Source: a virus
Length of the DNA: 64,000 bases
IMG/VR virus record: IMGVR_UViG_3300025626_002025
Reading direction: 5' to 3' (one strand)
The position numbers were made by a program, and so were the translations under genes. Positions 8,447 to 18,716 of the stretch are shown one piece after another (position 1 is the stretch's first letter; each line of letters starts with the position of its first letter). The notes under the pieces are model-generated. The model was given only the letters and a program-made list of their open reading frames with translations. It was not told the origin of the DNA and searched no databases.

Positions 8447-11400
8447 CTAATCTACTTCTAAAATTGGTTCTCCACTTCCCCTTCCGCTATCAGATACCTT
8501 AAGAGTATTAGGATTAGTAGTAAATGTAACAATTGGCGAACCACCATCTAAAGTAGTTGCCGCAGTTTGTTTAGAGCCATTAAAAAATGAATTTTCCAAT
8601 CCACTTGTTAAATCTCCAACGTTTCTATAATGTGTTGGGAAATATCCATTTAATGGAGTAACACCAACAACATCCCCACTTACAGTTGGGTCTACTGATT
8701 CATTTCCATCTGAACCAGTAAATGGTAAAATATTTACAACTTCTTTAAATTTAGTTGTAGTTACAAATCGTGTACCTTGTGATGAATCTTGAGTTATGTT
8801 CTCAGGAATATCAACTGTATATGATTTTTTTAGTAAAAATACTTTTACTCTTTCTTTTACAAGTTGTTTACTAGAATCAAATCTAGTTCTGATAGCGTTT
8901 GCATCATTTCCAAATAATCCAAATCCTGCTACTGAAAGAGAATCTGGTCCTGTTCCTATCTGTGTGAACATATCAGACTCAAATTCACCACTAAGTGATT
9001 GACCAATTTCTGTATTATTAATCGAAAGTGATAACCCAATATTTTCACCAGATAAAACGGTATTATCTTGAGTTAATATAGTACTATCTATTCCTATATT
9101 ATCTGCAGATAATTCTCCAGATGTATCTAATGGTATAACTCCAGTGAAATCCTTAGATTCTGCCGAAAGATTGGTACTATTTTTAGTATCTATTACAGTT
9201 AGGTAATTTTTAGTTTCACCACTTGGTACTAAATCATTTACATTAATATTAGTTTTGTAATCTTTTTTAACCGCAGTTGATGGTTTCCATTCTGTTTTAC
9301 TTCTTTCAAGAATATGTGGTTCAATTAATAAACCTTCACTTGTTTGTGCTCTAACAGGTATTAAAGATAATATAATCTTAAATAATGATTGGTCAATATA
9401 TCTAACTAATTGTATATATTCGTAAATATTTAAAGTATATCGGTCAAAGTAGTAGTTTCTTAATTGATTAAGTCTATTGTATGTTGGTTTATAATCATCA
9501 GATGGGTCTCCAATATAATCATCTATATTAAACTCACCAAGTGAACGAATTATATCCATATTTATCTCTTTTGTTGGAGAGAAAAATAATCCTAATCTGT
9601 TTGAATCAACAGGAGATTGGTCAAATGATTTTTTAGTAGCTCTACTTCTATAATTTAAATCCGATACTAATGTTTGTGTTTCAAATCTAACTTTATTTCC
9701 AAGACTATTACCCGTTGATGGTACAACTGCAGTTACTTCTCTATCATATGATTTATATTGAAATGGATATGAACTAATATCTGTAAAATTAGAAGCAATC
9801 GATTCAGTAACATATGTTTGTATTATTGATACGTTTTTAATAGAGGTACTTGAGTATCTGTTTTTAGGATACTCATAATCATTTCTAAATAATAAATCAG
9901 TAGATGATGCAGATATATGATTTCCATCTACTGCATCTGGTAATAATGTATGATTATCAATTCTTGATTGTGATAATGGAGTTCTCCATAATCTATACTC
10001 ATCAACCGAAGCAGTTAAGTTAGTACCACCTAACGTTAGTAAACTACCACTCTTCCACGAATTTGTTCCTGAACGTATTTCTAAACTTGAACTAAGTTTA
10101 GTTCTAATTCTTCCTTGAAATGATTCCTGTGCATATACATCAAATTTATCAAATGAACCAGATACTACTTTTTGTACTACTATTTGAGTATATTCATCAT
10201 TAAATAAAGAACCAGTTCCAGTTGAAGATGAAAGTATAGTATTACTTCCACTAATTTTAAATTGTACTTCTGCAAGAGAACCTGTATTTGCGATTAAATT
10301 CAATGACCACCCATCGGTACTCACTATCTCTTGGTCTTGTCTTTGTTCTGAGTTTATTCTTAGTTCAACTGCATTAGGATAATCATCACTAAATACTGAT
10401 GTGTGTTCTTTCCAAGGTAAAGTAATAGCTGCAGAACCACTTAGTAATATTGAAGCAGTTCTATCATCATATGTGAATTTGGTTGGAGTATCTCCATCCG
10501 GGTCACTAGGTCCTCCAAATTCCATCACAGTCAGTAATGAAGCAGGAACACCATAACAACTTAACGCTGCGGATATTGCTCGTTTTGTACCTTTATGTTT
10601 ATACAAATATGGTAGATTGTTTAATAATCTTCTCCATATTTCATTTTGTCTATCCTTACCACTTAAGGAAGTTGTTTTATTACCATCCTTATCTTTACCA
10701 AATGCATATTCCCAAAGTGCTTGTCCAGAAACACCCATATCCGCATTCCATCCCAAGGATTCTAACATATGATATAACATAGTATCATCTATACCATATT
10801 CATGGGTATTTTCAATTCTATTACTTTTAGATATTGCTTTGATATGTGTGTATATAACATCAAAGTGTTGTCCAATCATATCAGAGAATAAAATGAAATC
10901 AGAATTGTTTTCATCATCTTTAATATGTTTTGGTAAATTAAATGATAATCGAGATGTGTTATTATAATCAAATGATTGAGCTGAATTTAATATTCCAGCA
11001 AACCAACTTATAGTAGATGAGTCATCTGATGATGAAAGTGTATTCTCTCCCGCTCCAGGATACGTTAATGAACCTGTTTCGTTATATAGATATTTTTCAA
11101 AAGAATCAAATCCCCTTCTTACTTCACCTATTTTAAATTGTATATTTTTAGCTTCTTGAGTTGTTGCAATTGATGAAGTTAGTGAATTTACAATATCATA
11201 TTTAGATTGATATGATTCTAATAATTTTACTTTATAGTAAAAATTTTGAACTCTCTCATCTGCAGATGAATATTTAATAAACTCTTTCCAATTATAATCT
11301 TCATCACCAGTTTGTTCTAATATTAGTCCAGTACCAACTTCATTTATTATTGAAGATTGGCTTACAAATTCTATATTTAAATTATCTAATGAAAAATTAC

Positions 11401-14059
11401 TAGATGATACAAATTGATTTACAACATCGGTAGATGAGGTAGAACCACTTGTTATTAAATCATCCATTATTTGATATCCAATTGTATCAGTAACATCTAA
11501 TTCAAAGTTAGGAGTTAATGGAGTACAGTTGTTAACTATATCATCTGTAATTGTTATTCTATCAATTAATGGAATTGATTGTATTTTGGATATCCAAATT
11601 TTATCATTAGGATTTATATTTCGTGGTAATGGGTCATATAGTTTTAAAACTAATGATTTCTGTACCTCACCATATAATTCTTTTTTGTTAGTTGCTGGAT
11701 TAATTCTAAAATCTGAAAATGTTGTTTCATCGATTCCCCATGTACCAATTAACCTATTATCACCATCACCTAGGTGCAAATAGTGTGTTAAAAATGGAGA
11801 TGTATGTTCATCAAGTCCTTTATCTTCAAATTCACCAACAAATGCATTTCTTATATCACCAACAACTCTTCCTCTACGAAGTGTTAAATCTCCCTTATCA
11901 AAAGTAATATTTATTGATTCAACTTTACCTTTTGTTTTAGAATCACCTTCTGTATTATAAGGAATTAGTAATATTTTAAATTGTAATAAATCTCTATTAT
12001 TTCTTAAAGTTTGAAATCTTCTACCTTTTCTAATAATATCTTGTATATTAAGTTGAGAAACTCCCTGTGGTTCGAATTTACCTAAGAAAGATTCTCTTCT
12101 TGGAGTATCAAGATATATTTCAACATAGTTCGTATTAATAGATTGCCAAGATATATTAAAATCTGCATCATATCCTTTAAAATCCGCTCCTTTAATTACT
12201 TGTGGATAGTTTATATGAGTAATATCTGGACCAGGTAAATATGATTTACTTTCTACTGCAATTACTACCTTTTGAGTTTCACCACTTCCTCCTCGTTTTG
12301 AAACAGGCTGAACGTATAATGTATAATTTCCTGCACCATTGGGGAAATCACTAGGTGATAATGAAATAGTACCTCGTAATGGTATTGTTTTTTTGTTCTT
12401 ACCAAGGATATATAATAAACTATCTGCATCAATTGACTCGTATGATATCTTAACAGAGTTTCTATCCGCTAGATTTAACTTAACACTACTTCTATTTAAT
12501 TTAACTGCTGGTTGTGTAGGTACACTTGCAATAGGATTTTTAAATACTTGAACTTGTATATCGGTTTGACCACCTACAAGTTGAATTGTTGTTTCCAATC
12601 CCTTTCTTGAAGTAACTTTTTTACCATTAGATGAATATTGAAATTCTCCCCTATGTGTAAAATCAGTTATACCATTTGCATAAAATGAAATACTTGGTAT
12701 AGGGTCTCCTTCTTGTCTTTCAATTTTAAATGTTACAATATCATCATCATCTAATACACCCCCAACTTGTCCATAATTAGTTTTCCAAAGAATGGTATCA
12801 TCCGTTGGTACATCACCAATTATGCTAACTGAATAGCTTTCTTCAATGATAGGTGGTTCTATAATTTCAACAGATGATTTTCTTAAACTAAATCCACATC
12901 GTAGTGCGTGTGATTTAGGTCTTATAGATACATCTGCAATTTTAGCATTTGAATTCGGTTGTTGTACCCATTTACCATTTATTTTTCTCTCTAATACAAT
13001 TTCGAAATAATTAAATCCAACTTTACCTAATGATAGTTTTGGTGGTGCTGGTTTTGGTAAAGACTTTCCCTTAACAGGCGAACCTAGTGGCTCAATACCA
13101 AGATAATTGTTAAAATTAATTTTTGGAGATGATGGTTTAGGAGCTCTTCTATTAAAGGCATTAAAAGTGGGATTAATTCGTCCCGCTCTTGTTTCAAAGG
13201 AATTGTTTCTTCCGAAGTTGATATTTCCTCCTCCTCTACCAAATTGTTCAGTTATTGGGTCAAGGAAGTCCACATCCATGTAATCTCTAAACTGACCACT
13301 ACCATCAGTAGTTGCAGTGATTGTAGGAGTGTTATTTCTTACATTACCTCTAGTTGGTTGTGGATTAGTACGAATTGGTGGTGGTAAATCAGGTCGTACA
13401 ATATCAATAACTGGTTTTACATCTTTATATAAAGTTTTTTGTTTAGAAGATATTCTCCACTCATCTCTTGATGTAAATCCTGATTTTTCTACTGTTATTG
13501 TCTTTCTACTAAGTAATTCTTTTTCTGTAAAATTTAAAACTTTGGAATGAAAATCACCTGAACCATTTGTTGTACCCACAGATTTACCATTTACTTTAAC
13601 TTCAGCTGGTCCTCTATCACTAGCTATGGTCACAGTAACTGGTGCATTTTTATCTTTTACCACAGGTTTAATCTCTGGTTTTGGATATCTACATTTACCA
13701 TTATCGTAAGTTGCTCTTCTATCAAAGTTAGTTGCCTTCGAATCCATACACCCACCTTTTACAAACACAAGAGGTGGTATTTTTATTGGGATAATTGGAT
13801 TTGGTGGCAAATCAGGTTTTATTGGTGCTGGTGGTGGAAGTATCGGTTTTACGAAACGAGGTTTACTTATTTCTGGCACAGGACGTTTTGGTACAGTTAT
13901 AGGTGGAGTAGGTCTTGATACTCTACCTCCACCTCCACCGTTACCAATAGGACGAAGTACCTCTGGTTCATATCCGAAAGGATTTTCCCCATTAGCTCTT
14001 CCAAAGTTATCCTCGTAACCTCTGAAATCATCGTAATTAAATTCTCTTCTATTTCTCAT
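8447..14059 (-). CDS. Large baseplate wedge protein (1870 aa; gp7/P2 gpI-like core)
   Basis: YLYKHKGTKRAISAAL motif of tail-I/wedge proteins; Pro/Gly-rich N-terminus, GCMD..ATNF..A..DNGKC repeat, PEGA-like segment. Confidence 0.65.
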   Translation of the reverse strand: MRNRREFNYDDFRGYEDNFGRANGENPFGYEPEVLRPIGNGGGGGRVSRPTPPITVPKRPVPEISKPRFVKPILPPPAPIKPDLPPNPIIPIKIPPLVFVKGGCMDSKATNFDRRATYDNGKCRYPKPEIKPVVKDKNAPVTVTIASDRGPAEVKVNGKSVGTTNGSGDFHSKVLNFTEKELLSRKTITVEKSGFTSRDEWRISSKQKTLYKDVKPVIDIVRPDLPPPIRTNPQPTRGNVRNNTPTITATTDGSGQFRDYMDVDFLDPITEQFGRGGGNINFGRNNSFETRAGRINPTFNAFNRRAPKPSSPKINFNNYLGIEPLGSPVKGKSLPKPAPPKLSLGKVGFNYFEIVLERKINGKWVQQPNSNAKIADVSIRPKSHALRCGFSLRKSSVEIIEPPIIEESYSVSIIGDVPTDDTILWKTNYGQVGGVLDDDDIVTFKIERQEGDPIPSISFYANGITDFTHRGEFQYSSNGKKVTSRKGLETTIQLVGGQTDIQVQVFKNPIASVPTQPAVKLNRSSVKLNLADRNSVKISYESIDADSLLYILGKNKKTIPLRGTISLSPSDFPNGAGNYTLYVQPVSKRGGSGETQKVVIAVESKSYLPGPDITHINYPQVIKGADFKGYDADFNISWQSINTNYVEIYLDTPRRESFLGKFEPQGVSQLNIQDIIRKGRRFQTLRNNRDLLQFKILLIPYNTEGDSKTKGKVESINITFDKGDLTLRRGRVVGDIRNAFVGEFEDKGLDEHTSPFLTHYLHLGDGDNRLIGTWGIDETTFSDFRINPATNKKELYGEVQKSLVLKLYDPLPRNINPNDKIWISKIQSIPLIDRITITDDIVNNCTPLTPNFELDVTDTIGYQIMDDLITSGSTSSTDVVNQFVSSSNFSLDNLNIEFVSQSSIINEVGTGLILEQTGDEDYNWKEFIKYSSADERVQNFYYKVKLLESYQSKYDIVNSLTSSIATTQEAKNIQFKIGEVRRGFDSFEKYLYNETGSLTYPGAGENTLSSSDDSSTISWFAGILNSAQSFDYNNTSRLSFNLPKHIKDDENNSDFILFSDMIGQHFDVIYTHIKAISKSNRIENTHEYGIDDTMLYHMLESLGWNADMGVSGQALWEYAFGKDKDGNKTTSLSGKDRQNEIWRRLLNNLPYLYKHKGTKRAISAALSCYGVPASLLTVMEFGGPSDPDGDTPTKFTYDDRTASILLSGSAAITLPWKEHTSVFSDDYPNAVELRINSEQRQDQEIVSTDGWSLNLIANTGSLAEVQFKISGSNTILSSSTGTGSLFNDEYTQIVVQKVVSGSFDKFDVYAQESFQGRIRTKLSSSLEIRSGTNSWKSGSLLTLGGTNLTASVDEYRLWRTPLSQSRIDNHTLLPDAVDGNHISASSTDLLFRNDYEYPKNRYSSTSIKNVSIIQTYVTESIASNFTDISSYPFQYKSYDREVTAVVPSTGNSLGNKVRFETQTLVSDLNYRSRATKKSFDQSPVDSNRLGLFFSPTKEINMDIIRSLGEFNIDDYIGDPSDDYKPTYNRLNQLRNYYFDRYTLNIYEYIQLVRYIDQSLFKIILSLIPVRAQTSEGLLIEPHILERSKTEWKPSTAVKKDYKTNINVNDLVPSGETKNYLTVIDTKNSTNLSAESKDFTGVIPLDTSGELSADNIGIDSTILTQDNTVLSGENIGLSLSINNTEIGQSLSGEFESDMFTQIGTGPDSLSVAGFGLFGNDANAIRTRFDSSKQLVKERVKVFLLKKSYTVDIPENITQDSSQGTRFVTTTKFKEVVNILPFTGSDGNESVDPTVSGDVVGVTPLNGYFPTHYRNVGDLTSGLENSFFNGSKQTAATTLDGGSPIVTFTTNPNTLKVSDSGRGSGEPILEVD

Positions 14060-14082
14060 GTGTATCCCAACAATATTCCTAC

Positions 14083-14090
14083 TATAAATA
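14083..14090 (-). promoter_or_regulatory. Putative late promoter TATTTATA
   Basis: Recurrent motif upstream of ATG 14059. Confidence 0.6.
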
Positions 14091-14113
14091 TATAGTTATT
14101 TTCTTCTTATAAT

Positions 14114-16345
14114 TTAGTTGAATCTACCTCCAAAGGATTCTCTAAATGTATTACTCTGATTACCACGTCCACGGCCAACTCCTCCAAATTCAATACCTCC
14201 TTGTTCATCCATTGCTGCTAATATTTCGTTCACACCACCGCCGCCGCCTCCGCCACCGTTTCCACTACTAGTGATTCTAGGTGGTGTATTTTGAACTATT
14301 TGAATTGGGTTATCCACAACATCAACAAAAATTGGATAAGTACATACCCCGTACTGTTGATAATTATCTGCATTAGGGTCAAGACACCTCTTTCTTGGCG
14401 GTGGTGGAGGTGGTGGAGGTGGTAGTATTGGGTCCTCAGGTTTTGGTGCATATTTACACACACCAACTTCACCAAAGTTTATCGCTCGTGAATTATTACA
14501 TTTATATTTTGGTTTAGGTACGGTAATTACTTGTGGATATGTTCCTCCACAGGTTCCTACTCGTGTTACTTTAAGACCAGGTACACTTGATATTGAATTT
14601 TCAACTGCACATATTATTAACGAATCATTCGGTTCTATTGTAGAACTTGTTTTTTGTTGATTTAACTTATTCTTATAAGAAAAAGATAAAGAAGAACCCG
14701 CAAATATTTCTTCAAACTCTTCAATTACATTTGGATACTTTTGTAAACTATTGTTACGGCGATTGTATCCTTCTCTATCACCAAATGGATGAATATCATT
14801 AAAACGTTTTCTTTCTAAGAAAATTGGTCTTTGCCTTGTTACCTTACTTTGGTTCTGAACTCTATATTCAACAACAAGTGGTGGTGTAATTTTTATTTTT
14901 GGTATTTCTCTTACATCATTAACAAACTTCGGAGGTCCATCATCTCTAAAAGTTATTTTTAGAGCATCGTATTCAATACCAGATGATACAACCTTTCCTC
15001 CAGTTCTATCGGTATAATTTATTGAACCAGTTTCTGACCAAATATAGTATATTTTTGTTGTATATTTGTACACTGGTTTTGGTGGTGGAGGTGGTGGAGG
15101 GTCAACTACAACCTCTGTATCGGTATCAAGTCCTCCTCCTAAATCAGCAAAATCTTCAACCACTTCTTGATATTTACAACTACCATCATCTTTATTTGCA
15201 TACTGATTATAGTTTACTGCACTCTTATCAGTACAACCCTCTACAACAGCAGCTGCTACTTCTGTTTCTTTATATCTACAACTACCATCGTTTTCTTTTG
15301 CTCGTGGATTATAGTTAAGTGCTTCTTTATCTGTACAACCTCTAACTACACCTCCTACTTCAGATGGTATGGTACTTGGAAATTTTTGATTTGCTTTAAT
15401 AGTTTTTAATATTTTCTTAACCTTATCAAACGTAATTTGTTCATCTGCGGTTAATTCAATACTATTTTGTATTTTACGTTTTGGTAAATAATACTCAACC
15501 GAATTTCGTATAGCAGTTTCTGCTACTCTTTTTATTTTTGAAATTGTTAATTCTAATAAATCAGGATTATTAATTGATTTACCATAAGTGTTTGATGTTA
15601 TATCCCAATCTTTTCCAACTATGAAATAATCCATAGACTCAAGATATCTAGCTTTTATATCATTTAACAAATTATCAAATGAACCTACTTTAAATTCTTG
15701 TTGAACTAGTTTTTGATATCGTCTTCCATCACGAATTCTACCCTTACTTCTTATAAATCTATCAACAACCTTAAAGATATCAATACTATCAATAAAGTTT
15801 CTAACATAATAAATGGTATCATCTCTAAAGTTTCCTTCATCGGTGAATAACCCATACCTTCTTAGTAAATCTTCATTGGGTTTATTTGTATTTTTTAAAG
15901 GAACAACTCTTATTTCGGTTCGTGTTGGTGATATTTCATGTATCCATAATTTATCAGTTTCTCCTTCTTCTGAACCGACTCTTCTGTTTAGTAATGTTAT
16001 TTGAGTCTTGAATATACCATTAGAATATCCAGCTTCTCTAATTAATCTTTCTAAATCAATTATAAACTCAGATGCATCATTTGTCTTTTTAGTTTCTTCA
16101 TTTCTTGTTATTAAAAAATAATCATTAATGTTTTTATCATCTATATGAATATATCTAACAAGTTTTGCATCCTCTCCTTGTGGTAGTTGATTATCATTTG
16201 AATCATATAAAATGAATTCAATCATATCAGACGCACCTAGTCCGAAGTTAGATTTCTTAATTTCCTTTTCGAAAATTTTTCTATCTTCATTTTCTACGAG
16301 ATATCCTTTTCTCTCTACTATTTCTTTAAATGTTTCTAAAGCCAT
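14114..16345 (-). CDS. Putative virion protein with Cys-bracketed GCTD repeats and poly-Pro tracts
   Basis: IHEISPTRTEIR; GCTDKEALNYNPRAKENDGSC, GCTDKSAVNYNQYANKDDGSC; baseplate context. Confidence 0.55.
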   Translation of the reverse strand: MALETFKEIVERKGYLVENEDRKIFEKEIKKSNFGLGASDMIEFILYDSNDNQLPQGEDAKLVRYIHIDDKNINDYFLITRNEETKKTNDASEFIIDLERLIREAGYSNGIFKTQITLLNRRVGSEEGETDKLWIHEISPTRTEIRVVPLKNTNKPNEDLLRRYGLFTDEGNFRDDTIYYVRNFIDSIDIFKVVDRFIRSKGRIRDGRRYQKLVQQEFKVGSFDNLLNDIKARYLESMDYFIVGKDWDITSNTYGKSINNPDLLELTISKIKRVAETAIRNSVEYYLPKRKIQNSIELTADEQITFDKVKKILKTIKANQKFPSTIPSEVGGVVRGCTDKEALNYNPRAKENDGSCRYKETEVAAAVVEGCTDKSAVNYNQYANKDDGSCKYQEVVEDFADLGGGLDTDTEVVVDPPPPPPPKPVYKYTTKIYYIWSETGSINYTDRTGGKVVSSGIEYDALKITFRDDGPPKFVNDVREIPKIKITPPLVVEYRVQNQSKVTRQRPIFLERKRFNDIHPFGDREGYNRRNNSLQKYPNVIEEFEEIFAGSSLSFSYKNKLNQQKTSSTIEPNDSLIICAVENSISSVPGLKVTRVGTCGGTYPQVITVPKPKYKCNNSRAINFGEVGVCKYAPKPEDPILPPPPPPPPPRKRCLDPNADNYQQYGVCTYPIFVDVVDNPIQIVQNTPPRITSSGNGGGGGGGGVNEILAAMDEQGGIEFGGVGRGRGNQSNTFRESFGGRFN

Positions 16346-16351
16346 AATCTA

Positions 16352-17647
16352 TTAGGTTTTTCTTCTACGTCTTGCTTGCCAATAACGAGTTTTCATTTTA
16401 AATTTCTCATTAGTGGTTGTGTTTGTCCATTCTATTTCTGTTTCATAAGTTCCCTTACCTATACTTCCCCTACCAAAAGTAACTGTTTTCTTACCAGGTG
16501 TTGAACCACCATCAGGACTTGCAGGAATAGTAAGTGAACTAGGAACACCTGTTAACCATTTTTTGTTGTTAATTACAGTTTCCGTTACGCTAAGTGTGAT
16601 TGCTTCTTCACCTAAGTTATACCAATCATATTTAAGACCAGTTAATCTTCCCCTATCACCTTTCTTTCTATCATCCCATCTAGCAGCTTGTTCTGTTTTT
16701 CTATTTTTACTTGATGGATGAAGTGCCCAACCAACTGTACCCTTAACTTGGAATTGTCCTTTATCCTCAACTAACCCCAATAAACTTGTTTGTTTAGCTG
16801 CCTCAACTTGTTGTTCCGCTGCTTCTTGTTGTTGTTCGGCAACTTGTGCCTGTATCTCTTGTTGATTTTGTAACGATTTTACAATATCTTGTTGTGATGC
16901 TAATTGTGCTTGTAAGGTTTCTTTTTGTGCTTGTAATCCCTGAGCTTGTGCAGATAAAGATGCTCGTTCAATACCTTCCTTTGTACCCTTTATTAAAGAA
17001 GTCTGAAAATCTTTTAGTAAATCACTATATCTATCGGTTGCTTTTTCGGTTTCTATAATCTGTGCATCAAGTTGAGCTTGACATGAATCAAGTTGTGATT
17101 GTAAAGATGATATCTCCCCCTCAAGTGAAGCAATACTAGATAACGCATTATCTCGTTGTGAGGTTATTGTCTTTATTTGTTTTTGTGCATTTTCATACTT
17201 TTTTTCTAAACTAGTATATCTTGGTTTAGGAACAAAATCACCTCTTTGAACTTTTTTGGGTTTTATTAACTCATCAACTTTTACATCAATTGCCTTTTTA
17301 AGTTCACTTTCATCATAATTAGGTTTTTCAATGAAACCAGATGTTTCTCCCCCAAATGATTTTTGAGCTTCTAAATCCGCAAGACTCTTTAGTGGAGGCA
17401 ATGTATCTACAAAATCAGCTTTGAATTTTTTTGTATCGTTTGGAGATTTGATTGGCTTTTTACCATATGGTATAAATTTCTCTGGTAATTTTACTGGATA
17501 TTTATAACCCTCTTTGAAAGAGTATCCCGGTGGTAACGGTTTACCATCTCTTTTGCGCACTCGGATTCCACCTCGTTCATCACGAGGAATTGCTTTAGAA
17601 CCTTTTTTAACAAGTTCATCAATTCGAAATCTATCTTTTAACCCCAT
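16352..17647 (-). CDS. Coiled-coil protein, probably structural
   Basis: Long Q/A/E-rich heptad region; baseplate context. Confidence 0.5.
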   Translation of the reverse strand: MGLKDRFRIDELVKKGSKAIPRDERGGIRVRKRDGKPLPPGYSFKEGYKYPVKLPEKFIPYGKKPIKSPNDTKKFKADFVDTLPPLKSLADLEAQKSFGGETSGFIEKPNYDESELKKAIDVKVDELIKPKKVQRGDFVPKPRYTSLEKKYENAQKQIKTITSQRDNALSSIASLEGEISSLQSQLDSCQAQLDAQIIETEKATDRYSDLLKDFQTSLIKGTKEGIERASLSAQAQGLQAQKETLQAQLASQQDIVKSLQNQQEIQAQVAEQQQEAAEQQVEAAKQTSLLGLVEDKGQFQVKGTVGWALHPSSKNRKTEQAARWDDRKKGDRGRLTGLKYDWYNLGEEAITLSVTETVINNKKWLTGVPSSLTIPASPDGGSTPGKKTVTFGRGSIGKGTYETEIEWTNTTTNEKFKMKTRYWQARRRRKT

Positions 17648-17648
17648 G

Positions 17649-18716
17649 TTATTTCTCTACGGTAAATGTTAAATCTTTATCACTAAAATATTCTACTACA
17701 CCACTTCTTATTGTTTTTATTTCAATATAGTAATCTCTATTATATTCAAAGTTAGATAAATCTAATTTAAAATAATTACCATTGGTATCACAACTAACTT
17801 TTGTATAGTTATCATTGAATGGTATTATTACATCACCTGTTACGATATCTTTTATTTGATAATATGTTGTAGATGGTAAATAATATAAATCATTATAAGC
17901 GTATGTATTTGTATAGGTTTTAAGAGGATACTTTTCTCTACCAAAAACTCTAATCATTGGTGTACTCCCTACCTTATATCTTACTTTTAATCTTTTAAAC
18001 GTTACATTAATTTCTTCAGAAGTTAATTCTGTTAATGAACCTGTTGTAAATACCGAATCATCCCAGCCAATTCTAATTTTAGGTTGGTATATTGTTGCAG
18101 TTTCTTTACCGAAGAATTTTAATTCTCCATAATCAACTGTATCTGCTTCTTTTGCATCTGAATGTTTTACTATAAATCCTTCATTTGGTAGTGTACCACC
18201 AATCCAACTATTCATTGAACTGAGTACATTCATTTCTATATCACTCGATTGATATGAAAAATCTTGTGAACCAACCGAACCGGTGTACCATGTACCACCC
18301 TTTCCGTTAAAAGAACCACTCGTACCACTCGCATATCCACCATCTCCTAGCCAACTTTCTGTGGATGTTCCTCTGTTTTCCCAACTTACACCATCGGTTG
18401 ATATATCATCAAATCGTGTTCCAATGCCCATATCCCATGATTGTGATATAGGATATGCATAAATTGTGTAATCCATAGGAATCTCATTTGCATCAGATTC
18501 TTTTAATAATAAATGAGCAGAACTCATTGTGATATCTCCACTAGCAATTGATTGTGATAATGGAGTAGTATCAAATTTTATTAATGCTCTTGCATTATCT
18601 TTAAGATTACCATAGAAAGTTTTAGATACCTCAATTATCTCATCCAATCCAGTGTTTTGACTTGGTTGTTGTAAATAAATTGTTGAATCTTTGGATGATG
18701 TTACGAAATGATACAT
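17649..18716 (-). CDS. DNRLRE-like domain virion protein
   Basis: KDSTIY...NTG...RALIKFD...W...NEGFIVK...PKIRIGWDD pattern. Confidence 0.55.
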   Translation of the reverse strand: MYHFVTSSKDSTIYLQQPSQNTGLDEIIEVSKTFYGNLKDNARALIKFDTTPLSQSIASGDITMSSAHLLLKESDANEIPMDYTIYAYPISQSWDMGIGTRFDDISTDGVSWENRGTSTESWLGDGGYASGTSGSFNGKGGTWYTGSVGSQDFSYQSSDIEMNVLSSMNSWIGGTLPNEGFIVKHSDAKEADTVDYGELKFFGKETATIYQPKIRIGWDDSVFTTGSLTELTSEEINVTFKRLKVRYKVGSTPMIRVFGREKYPLKTYTNTYAYNDLYYLPSTTYYQIKDIVTGDVIIPFNDNYTKVSCDTNGNYFKLDLSNFEYNRDYYIEIKTIRSGVVEYFSDKDLTFTVEK

